Assembly: GCF_947568905.1 (NCBI RefSeq)
Contig: NC_079168.1
Coordinates: 54,312,001 to 54,376,000 of the forward strand
Source: Ostrea edulis
Taxonomy: Eukaryota
Length of the DNA: 64,000 nt
Reading direction: 5' to 3'
Part shown: positions 27,501-39,500 of the stretch, in pieces
Numbering within the stretch: position 1 is the stretch's first letter
How the letters are laid out: the number at the start of each line of letters is the position of its first letter
The notes under the pieces: model-generated
Database searches by the model: none
The model's input: the letters and a program-made list of their open reading frames with translations, nothing else
What the model was told of the DNA's origin: nothing
Program-made: the position numbers and the translations under genes

Positions 27501-30500
27501 ACCCATCCTTTGGCAGAAATAGTGTTCAAATCCTTCAGACATTTGTGGCAGATTTTTAAAAAATCATTACTGGATAAGTAACATTGTAAGACTGAAGAAA
27601 AGCATAAAGTTGTTTATATACATGTTAGGATTAACATACCATCCATGGTTTTATTCTGGAAGGTCACAGAGAAGTTCCCAGATATTGGAGGAGAGGCTGC
27701 TAACACACGAGATACAATGAGAGTTGTTCCATTGGAGACCTGTATTTCAAAATCCCACATTTGAAAATCTTCAAAGCAATTTTCGGTCATTGTATAAAGA
27801 ATGTGGAACATTGTTAGTTGTTATGCTACAATCATTGCCCAACCCATTCATCAAAACGAAAAATAAGTTTAAATTAGGCAGGTATTTCACATTGAACTTC
27901 ACTTCAATAACACAACTATGGTGACATAATGCACAGATATACATTGCAAATCTTTTTCATTAGACTTCTTTCTTTGATTTTGTACTATAAATGAGCTTGT
28001 AGTTGAGTTTGGACCTTTATCTACATGTATGTCTGATACATTGCTTCTTTCAACTATATAATATAAAGTGACTACAAATCCCAGCAGAAGAGATTCTACG
28101 GCCATCATCTATTGTACAGATACAAAGTGTGTGCACTAACAATTATCATGACTGACTGGAAGAGACTGACTCTATTTCATACCTGTCCTGGTACCCCTGA
28201 TAACAAAGGAAAGTTGTAAGCGCAAGCAAAGGGAATGAACTCCACTTGGTACACTGCAGTGTCATTTACATCAGACCATGTCACGTTGGCATAATCAACC
28301 ATTCTACCACCTGGCATGCTTGGTCTCATCCTCATCAAGTTGACATTCTCTGAAAGACATTTTCTTTTTTTAAATGGACTGCTGTGAAATATACAAAAAT
28401 TAAAAGGTAAAATATGTGGAATAAATCAGCCTTTCAGACATAACTTGAAGAAAAAAAACCCATCAACACATATTTTTCTTATTTTCTTTGACATGGGGAA
28501 GGAATTTTCACTAATCATTGAAGTGCCATATTCTCCGACCCAAATTTAACATTGAAACAATCGGGCATAATGCCATTTAATAAAAATGATGACTGAAAAA
28601 CAAGGTAAGAACAATTTTGGACTCAATTAAGGTAAAAATTAAAGATTGCAAAGAAATAATCTTTTGGCTGAAAATTTGTAAATGAAACGAGTAAATTCTT
28701 ACAGGGGTTGGGTGTGTGTGTGTTTGTAATGGGAAGCATCAAATCATTTTGTTATCGTTTGAAAGGCATGCTGTAACCAATAATTGGTACATGCCAATAT
28801 GAAGCCAATAAGGTAAAGTATATTCTAATTTGCAAATTTTTAAGTAAGGTTTAAAATTTCTGTGACAGATCAAATTACAGATGAATAGACAAGATTTGGC
28901 ATCCTAGCACTTCTACATCTGCGAGGAACACTAAAAGACATGATACCTTCATCCAAATTGGTGGGGTCCTTGCCAACATAAATTTCATCCACATAGTAAA
29001 AATCCTCAGAACTGTCTTTCCTGATCTCAATTAAGAAGATCTTGAAGCTTGTCCCCACTTTTCCAGTTTGGACGACAGCCAGCATATCGATACACTTGTA
29101 GTTCCACCTACACCCATCAAACAGAACAACAATCGTAAATGATGATCTGGGCTGCGTTCAAGATCGTAGTGGCTAGCCTAGGGGTGGTGATGGTGGCTGA
29201 TTTGTGCCATTTTACAATTTGTTGTCTTTTCTTTATATTGAGGCGAAAAGAAGCTTAGATATTATTATTTTGCCATCTTTTCTTTATTTCAGGATGAAAA
29301 GGACTAAATATAATTTTGTTGTCTTTTCGTCTCGGAATAACAAAAAGATGATAAATTGTAAAACGGCACAAATCAGCCACCATACCTAGCCCCTAGTCTA
29401 GCCGCTATGATCTTGAATTCAGCCCTGTTATACAGTTTAACTTTATCATATTCCTGAACTAAACTTATTACAATAGGGATAAAATAATATAAATTGATGC
29501 ATATGCATGAGTAATCATGAAGAAAAATTGAATTTTAAATAAGCTGGAGCAATATCATCATTAAGCAACAATCAATTAAGTTGGACACACTCAGAGGAGC
29601 CAAATGCATTGTGTCACACTTCCCAGGATGTCATATGACATGATCAACATAACATAAACTCCGTAAACCCCAGTTCTGACTTTGAACTAGCTCTTTTGTA
29701 AAAGCTAGGGTAATATGTCAAAGCAATTAACCTGATTTTATTAATGCAATATTCTCCTAAAGCCCTTAAATCAGAGATAAGCGATTTTGGTATTATTATG
29801 ATAATGAATTTGGATGATAAAAATATCTGTAGTAAATTCCATCTGTGTTTGATCCTGTGTATTACAATGATTTAAAAATTCCTCTCAGAAATCGTCGTAC
29901 CCTGCAGACTGTTGAAATGTGGTGGCAGGATAAGCATACTGGTTGTCTACTGTCTTTCCCGCACTGTTTCTGTAGGAATATCCTAACTTGAAAAAGTTCT
30001 GCAGCTTTCCAAGATAGGCGAAGCAAACCTGCAAAAAGTATTGCACAGTTTGTGAGTCTGCATCAGTAACTATCAAATTTACTGCTTGTCTCGGTCTAGT
30101 GGTGTTTGTTCACTGCATTTAAAGGATTGAAATTTACATTTGATGTGTCAGTTTCAATTATGCTACAATGATAAAGATGAGCAATCCATCAAGTTGAATG
30201 ATTTGTTCAAGCTGATTCATAACACTAAATGTGGATGGGCAGTATGTTTTACCATTTAGATTTTACAGCATGCTTTACTGATTACACATACTACATGTAA
30301 ATAAATAACAATTAAAATGCACTCAATGGTTGGTTAAACAATTAAGATATGAGGGTCCCAAACACTGCAGAAAAAATGCATAACTGGTGACAGTGAGTTA
30401 AGGTTATGCAATTTTTTTAATGCAATGTTTGTGACCTTCATATCCTATTTAACAAACCAAAAAAATGACATTTTATTATTCACATTTTTGTGTATTTTTT

Positions 30501-33500
30501 TAAAATACACAAATACTTTCAAATACATAACATATTGTAAGTTATTTTTTATCTGTAAACTATTTAAAATTAACAGCTGAAAATCACTTGACCTTGACCT
30601 GTCTCAATATTTGGTATATATATTCTCTATTTGAATGATGGTAAAAGGAGGACAAACTCATGAAATAATTAAACCATCGAATATAATACAGGTTAGCATT
30701 ATTTATTATTTTGAATTCAAACAAGAGGCCACAGGCCTTATCGGTCACTTGAGTATAGTTAAAAGTATCACTAGCCCCAAGTGTTATGAAATTTATAATT
30801 TTCCTGTTCTGCATATCTATGCTAATTAATTCTAATATTCTGCAGCAATATAAAACAAAATGTGTAATTCTTAAAACACAAATGCTCCCAAAAGTGCCCA
30901 TATTGATGAAAGACTTTACATATCATAATACGATATATCATAGTAACACTATATGATTATTTTGGACCCACGTACCCTAGAGTGAGAACTGAGACAAGAA
31001 GTTAAAAATGTTCAGTTCTTAACATTTAATCACTTTGACCATTTTCGTCCCTCCTGATTGGAACCAAAACCTCTAACCTTTGGGATCATGAAATTTACAA
31101 TTTTGGTAAATGGTTACCTGCTCCTTCAGAATATCCATTTACATGTAGTTTCAATTTATAGTCTCAATGGCATCAAAGAAGATGCTATTTAAATGTTTAC
31201 ACATAAACCATATACCAATTTTGGCCCCACCCTGGAGTCAGGATCGACCTATACCCTGGGGATCATGAAATTTATAATGTTGGTAGAGGCCTTCCTGCTC
31301 TAAATTAACTATGCATTTACATGAAATACATATTAGATAAATTTATACAATGACATTGAATGTTTTAGGAAAGATGGTTATAATTCACTGAATAGTAACT
31401 CTGCTTGAAATAATACCAACAAACTCAATATACATGACTAAGAGCAATATTGATTGTCGTTAAAATATTAAATCATGACCTTTTTCTTTACAAGTATGCA
31501 AAATATGAAGTTACATTTTTTCGTTATGACGTTTTTAAAAAAAACATTGTTGGATAAGATAAGGGTCTTTTTTGCTAGGAACGGCTCAGTTATGATGGTT
31601 TATTTCATGCATGCATTTAGAGTTTGTCATTCTTGGACTATTTCCCTTTACCATATTGTTCAGAGAAATCATTACCAAATATGGGGACAAGTCAAAGTCA
31701 AGTGATTTTCAGCTGATATGTTTAAATAACTTACAGGTCAATAATATCTATATTTTATGAACTTGAAAATATCCATATAAAAGAAAATACAGAAAAATAA
31801 AACTAATCAAATGTCTTTCTTGGGTTTATGAAACGGGAAATGACAGTCACAAATATTGCAGAAAAGAAATGTGCATGACCCACTAACGTACATGTCTTCT
31901 GCAATGTTTGCAACCTTCACCTCCCATTCAACAAACCATAGAAAGCATTACTTAATATTTACTTGAATGTGAACTTAACTGATCCTTAACTGATTATTTC
32001 AAACATATCATTAATACCAGTGTACATGCTTTAAAAAAAACTTACTACTTTGACACTTTGTCCCAAAGAGATGGGATTATTCCTATCATAGTATAAGTAG
32101 TTGGGATTTCTGACACATTTCTTTCCACAAAACGCCTCCACATCTGATACAACTTTGCCTACTGACATTCCATTGGGACGAACATCCGACTCAAAGCCAA
32201 AATGTAATTTTTTGCTGACTGGATTTCCAAGAGCTCGAGGACATCTGCTTTCAAATATTTTACCTAAATTACCCTCCATCTGTAAAGAAAATTATGAGAT
32301 TCATTTACCTTTACTGTGAGAATCTTTTCAAAATAAATATGAATTAATCCAAGTAACTCTCACTATAACCATAGCATAGATGTCAAATTACAATGTCTCA
32401 TGAGAATTCAGAGCTAGCTGGCAATTTAAAGAAAATGTAGGCTCCTCATAACATCACAGCAGGCTCACTGGACTTATCATAATGCTGATTACATGTACAG
32501 TCCAGTCAATGAAATACAGAATCTACAGGTAACATTATTACATTAATTCATAAAACCAAACCATTGTCAACAGAATGTTTTAAAATGACCTACCATAATT
32601 GTTTTGCAACAAAAATGCAAATCCAAATTTATAAGGTCTTGGTCACATAATATAATGTGTCTGTAAAACACTATGCCATTGAGGGTGGCCACATTCACTT
32701 TATAATTTGGGTGGAGTCTGGCCTCTAATATGCATCTCTGACCTTGACCTTTAATAGTCACATAGCTTTTGCTATTCTCTATCAGTAATAGCCTGGTATG
32801 AAGTTCGTATCTTGTCTCATTCAAAAGTTATAATCAAGGTTAAAGTAGACAAATGAAGAGACATAAAGACAAATATATATATTAAAAAAACTAGAATTAA
32901 GTCCATAGGACATGAATGCCCTGCCCAATGTGATATACATTTGCAATGCAATATGAAAAAAACAACTCAGGGATTTATCGGTACCTTCTCATGGCCCAAT
33001 ATTCTGCCCCATTCACAATGGAAAATAGGTTAAATTTGTCCATTTTGTGGGAAATTTTTTTAAATAAGATACTGAACTTTTTTTTATTAGAAAATTATGC
33101 AGATTAAGGATGACCATAGGGGTGATAGAGAGGAAGTATCTCATTTATGCAAAAAAAAACTTTATAGCTTTTCATTGAGAGAGAAAGTTGCAGCATACTT
33201 TTTCATTCATCTTATCAATGAATTATAAATTTGGAAAATAATGATTTTGAAACTGCAGTTGAGCAATCACGTATTTCATTTAAATCATTTACAAATGGTT
33301 TTCTTTTCTCTTGCAGATGAAACAGACACCAGACAGATGGGCTGCCCTGGAGCAGCGAATGGGAAAGAAAACTGAAGCTTGTAATAAAGAAGATTAAGAA
33401 ATTAGATGTAAATCATTTTCTGCATGATTTTGAGATTGTACTTATCATCTCTGTATGAATATCATTAACAGTGAAACGTTGATGATCAGTTGTAAATTTA

Positions 33501-36500
33501 ATTATAGGCAAAACTGTAGATATCTGTGAGGAACAAATTGCTGAGCAACACAGAATTTTATGAAACTTTTCATTAAGTTTTTAAAAAAATTCAAAGTCCA
33601 ATTCAAGTACTAGCATTGAAATGTATACATTACATGGATTTCAGATTTCATATGAAAATATGATATCCCCATAATATTCGCATGAATATCGTGCGAAAAA
33701 CCTAAATAGTAGGTAACAATAATATTCGCATGAATATCGTGCAAATTATTTTTCATATGATAATCATGCGAATTTCACATGAAAATCGCATGATTTTTTC
33801 ATGTGAATATCATGCATGGTCCTTTTCGTCTCCTTTTCATGCGAAGAATTCACATGATATTCATGTGAATTTCATATGAAGTTCATTCGAGCCACCTTTC
33901 CTTCTATAGAAGAGAAATGCAGTGCTTTCTCAATAGGGAATTCACTTTGTTGTACGTGTTAGTACCAGGGTTTAAACCTTTAGTGAACTTAGTCTGGTAT
34001 GGTGCTAGCTTTTTATACAGGTAAACCTGAGTTGTGTTCAAGTAATATCACAAATATATATATACGAAATAAAGAGAACCTTTGAAACACTCTTCTCTAT
34101 TTTTATTTACACTAAAAGCTTTATACAGTTTTAAATCTCAGTTATTTACAACTAATATCACACATAAATAAAGCAAACCCAAAAAACTTTCAAACACTCT
34201 CCCTTATCAATCTAATGATTTATTTTGAAGTGATCTAATCAAAGAAGGTCATATATCAATTTTTTTTTTAAATCTTTAAACTTTTTGACTCAAGTATCAC
34301 CCATTCATTTCACTCTGAATATTACTAAAATTTATCAGAATTTCAAGAAAAATGATACAAAAGATAAATAGCAATTTTGTATTGGTTAAATGTTGCCTAG
34401 CTATAAATAAAAAAGTTATCATTAATCAAAATTACTTCTAAGACAATAAAAAAAAAAAGGAAAAAAAACCCCAACATTTTATACTCCCATGAAATGCAGA
34501 TCCTCACTTATATACATGGATATAACGGACATGAGAAACAATATAGGTCCTGAACATTTTCAGAAAGGGGCAAAAAAATTCCTCATTAATTGCTTTGAAA
34601 CTGAGCTAACCACCAAATAGGGAATAGTGAGTTCAAGGTCACAAGGAAGGTCAAGTTACCAAATTAATGCCACAATTGTATAGCTACACTGTATCAATTC
34701 AATGAAAGCATCCTCTGTCTACTTCACTTTGGAATGATCTAAATGTATAACATGACTCATGGAATAAAGACAATTAGAGATCAAAGCTTAAGGATATAAC
34801 AAACACAACAACTTCTAGCCATTTACATGATGCATTACTATTAAATAAAGCATAAATAATTTTGGTAGTTTCTTGGAGTTTTCTGTTGTACCAATATCAA
34901 CAGTATTATGTACATAAAAAAGCATAGATAAATAAAGACCTGTAGCTTATTTGGCTTTCCAGTAAATAAAGGTGAGATAACTCCTGCCATCTCTAGGGTA
35001 AAGTATTCCCCTGTTGGTTTGCCAGTCTGAACTTCCTGTATGGTAATATTAACAGTCACACCAGTATTCTTCATAATGACCTTCAAATCCTCAAAATTAC
35101 CTGCAGGAAAATACAGGACTGATTTATTGTATGTCTATATATTAGTCTTTATATTCTTAATTGTAATCAAAGTTTAGTCCCATTAGTATTTTTACAGGTA
35201 ATCGGCTATTTGGCATCTTCAGTGATTATGCTGTGATCAGCACAGTACAGCAGTGACTTTAACAATTATAGCGTTATGCATGACTTAATTATAGCATAAT
35301 TTCAAATGGGCCAAATGATTTATTCTACTGAATTAAACTGTCATTTATGAGAAATTAACAACAAATATGTTTCTCATTAAAGCAATTTCACTGTTTTCTT
35401 AAATTCTTTACCTCTTTTTGAGACAAACTCCATGAAGATGGTCACACATCCAGAACTCACTGTCTTATTTATGACATTTACAGACTCATGAGAATGAAAT
35501 AATGGCAGAGATTTTAAGGCATTTTTTATATCATTGGTCGAGCTTTGAGATGTCAAGAGATCTACAACAAAAATGTTACATATCAATATAATCTAATAAT
35601 GTGTCAATGCTTTAGAGCAAATGAGTGAAAGACAGCACATGAAAATTGAAACAACCTTCATTTGCTTTCCAATTTGCCCCAAAACAATTTCCAGTCACTT
35701 CGGAAATGGCTGACTTTTTTGCGATTTTGATTTTCCAACCTGTCTGCTTTTCCGCAACTACTACATATTGCTTTTCCGCGATTGTTTTTTACTATATGTT
35801 ATCTCCTTTATTTGATACCTCCTTTCCGTGATTTTTAAATGGTCACGGTTAGCGCTTACCATCAAATGGTTGCCGAAATTTACCTGTATTTTCCCCCATA
35901 GAGTTCTAACTCAGTGTGAGTAGTAACTCACACTATAATAAAAATTGAATGAGTTTCGCATTTACAGAACGAGAGGGTGTCGGTTTTTTACTCCACCAGT
36001 TCCAAAAGTATTCCGATAGTGACCTTGACCGTTGCCAGTACATCAAATCCATCGGATTTAAATTCGGAGCTCACACCGAGATGTGAAAGCATGCATGTTT
36101 TTTTCCGTGGATTCTTTTAATCTTTGTTTTATCCAGTGCTAATAATCTTAAATCAATGTTCTTTTCTCTCATATCTACGTATGTAAGATACAGATATTCT
36201 ATGAAAGAAAGGTATGTAAGATATTTCTATCTTTCATATCACGTGACGTTTATCTTACATATCCCGTGACGTCATAATCAATACACAACTAGCTTGCAAC
36301 TTACCTCGCCTCGATTGACAAACACTAGCGTCTGCAAAGCTCTTGTACAAAAAAATGACAGATTGTAATGTCCCTGATAATGTCCAGGTGTATGTGACCA
36401 GACACAAAATTACACATTCCTTGAACAATTACTGCCTACTCAACAACAGTCACAAATTCCTCATACACCTATGTCATCCGGTGCATTATGCCAGTTCACA

Positions 36501-39500
36501 GAAACCCAGCCCACATGGTCTATTAGTTCTAGGCCTACCTCCACATTCACTCTGTCAACGTCTACTGTCCGTGTCTCAGGTGAAATAAGTGCCTTCAATG
36601 TCCATGAGACTCGAGTCCTTGCACGCGTGGAAAACGAAAGTCTAGCCATGCCCATATTCACCAACAAAAACTACTTGGAATCTCTCTTCACACACTCGTC
36701 ATTAAATAACTGCTCAATTAATATCAATAGCAATGCTCCTCTAAGAAAAAAAACGTGCAGTTCTGGATTCATATTCTGATTAGGTCTCTCTCATATTCTG
36801 ATTAGGTCTGTCAAAATGTTTCGCGCTGATGGACTGTCGAGTTACGTCACGCATCACCCTGATTATTGATTTATTCAAAGAGGAATAACTCTAATACAAT
36901 TCACTTTTACACTCGTCGGTCGATTTTTTGTCGGCAACGTAGTTGCCAAAATGAAGGTCGTAGAATTCGATTCTGGTGTTATTTTTATTATTATACCTTA
37001 GTATGAGAATGCCATGCAACGCGTAATCTGATTGGTCTAGACGGTCACGTGCCAGGGAGGACAAAACTTCATATCTCCCTCTCAGACATCATATTTCCCT
37101 ATCATATTTACCCCTTGCGCAGCCTCGTGCATTTTCCATAAATTTAACGTCAAGGTAGACGAAGTGTATTGTGACGTCACAATAAGTCTGAGTCATTCTA
37201 CTTTCATAGTTCGTAAGGCACAAAATATGCGGGTCTCTGATACACAGTTGAATGCATGGTTTTGATTGATACAAAATGAAGCAAGTAAATCAGCATTCAA
37301 GGAGAATGGAAATACAAAAACTGGTTATCATATCTGATTATCACTGTATTTCGTTGTTTGTACCTTCTACTGTAATACGTTGACGGCGCGGTGTTACCGT
37401 TAGGACGATCTAAGCTACATACAATGTATATAGATGAGTGGACTCCAATTTCAAATGCACTTTTGAGTCTTGCTTTGTTTCGGTATAATAAACAATTTAT
37501 TGCACGACTGTTCGGGAGATATGAAGATTTATTCACCCAAGAAAAATCATATTCCCCCAGGACAATATGATTTCTCTTGGGTGAATAAATCTTCATATCT
37601 CCCTCACTATCATGCAATAAATGTATAATGTACAGCGAAAAATTAATTAATTGGAAAATTCTCAAAATGGCGTCGCTAGGCACAAGGAAAACGGAAAACT
37701 CTAGAAATATGAGAGAAAAATACTCTCTTATGAGTTGCCATGAAATATTAAGGTGATTCCACCCTCGGTGTTGCAAAAAAGCGGTAAAACCCTCAGCAAA
37801 GCCTCGGGTTTCACAGCTTTTTTTGCAACCCTCGGGTGGAATCACCTTATATTTCATGGCTACTGACATAAGAGAGTCTTATAATCCAGTGTTTTACAAG
37901 ACTTATCCTGCTGAAAATCCTACTTCCACCTCCCTGTGGTAAGCAGATCACGGCAACAGGTTTTACCTGGCTAACGGAAGAGGTACATGTTTAAATAATT
38001 TGCTGAAAAGCAAAAAATATAATCGCGGAAAAGTAATATGCCTTGTTGCAGAAAACCTAGATTTTTTTTACGGAAAAGTATAACTGCGTCAGAAATAACC
38101 AAATGATAACTAACACAACTTCTACTTAATTAAGCTCTACAAGTACCTGTGTAAACATTATAAAACCCCATCCTGAACCTTAGCACTGCTCCGCCATTTG
38201 AGGGATCACAAATCTCTACTTTCTGAACTTCATACACCCCTGGTTGAACACTTTCAGTGATCAGTGAAATCTTCTGCACTTCTTGAATAACAGTAGATTT
38301 CACTTCAATTTGTTGGTGTTCTTGTCGAGCGAATGATGTGCTTTGATTGGTTAATTCTGTTTGGTAAAAGAGAGCTGCTACTTTCACTGACCCAGGTCCT
38401 AAATAATCTCTGTGTAGTATTGTCATGTAATATCTAAAAAAAAAAAAAACATAGGCAAATTCTATATACATGATAACAATTCAAAAATCAATTTTTAAAC
38501 AAGAGGCCCATGGGCCATAAAGGTGGCCTGAATATCACACAACAAAATATCATTTAGATATGGTGCATGTTAATGATGCATAGAGTGCCTCTTCCTAACT
38601 CTCTGAATTGGCTATTGTCAGGGGTTTTTTGTCAAAGGACTTCAATCACATTAAAATACTGTGCACACAGTTTGCATGTTTACTACATACTTAGGAATAA
38701 AGATTTTCCTGATTACATCTTTTATTTCATGTTTTGGCCTCACCACTTAAGGGCCAGAAAGAGACAGTGACCACAGACTTCACTAATTTTTATTCCTTAA
38801 AGATATGCTACACACCAAATTAGGTGACAAATGATGAAAGTAGTTTCTCAGATGAAGTTGAAAATTTCAAAAGTAAACAACAGACAACACACCAGAACAG
38901 ACAGGCACAGACCCTAACCGGTCACTGGAGAGGCTCAGGTGAACTAATCAAAAGCCAAAGTATTTTTAGAATAGATGTCACTTTTTTTTAAAATCATAAT
39001 ATAGAATATATATCCTGCATAGGATAACTATATTGGGAATGTCTCTAATTTATAGCAATATCTAAATTGTTACATGTACCTCCTTATTTTCTAAAATGTT
39101 AATTTCAAGGCTGATAAAAATCTAGAAATCATGGGTGCCATGCATAAAATAAAACAATGTTCACCAATGAACATTTCTGTTTTGGGTACGATAGGTAGTG
39201 CATGTATCATTCAATTACTGTCAAAATATGGACCAAATCAAATAGTTACCGCATGGACCTTAATTGTTCTCTATGAATTACTTACGCCTCCCCTGCTGTT
39301 AGCCTAAACTTCTTGGAAAACTGTTCTGGCCATCTTGTATAGCGTTTATATGAATAACTTCGACACTCGGCTATGAATTGCTAAAAAAGAATTGATTTAC
39401 ATAGAAAACAAGAGTTCCATGAGCCATTACACTCACCTGAGTCACACTGCTTATATACATGAGCCATTACACTCACCTGAGTCACACTGCTTATATACAT

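Noticed and set aside
27899-28108. Extra PKHD1L1 exon (ORF MMAVESLLLGF...)
   Set aside because: Exons 16 and 17 already join in phase 0; no recognisable homology or convincing donor.
33301-33400. Plus-strand acceptor followed by a short ORF (MKQTPDRWAALEQRMGKK...) as a nested antisense gene
   Set aside because: Only one isolated exon-like piece with no partner exons; likely a repeat fragment. Cannot be supported without RNA data.
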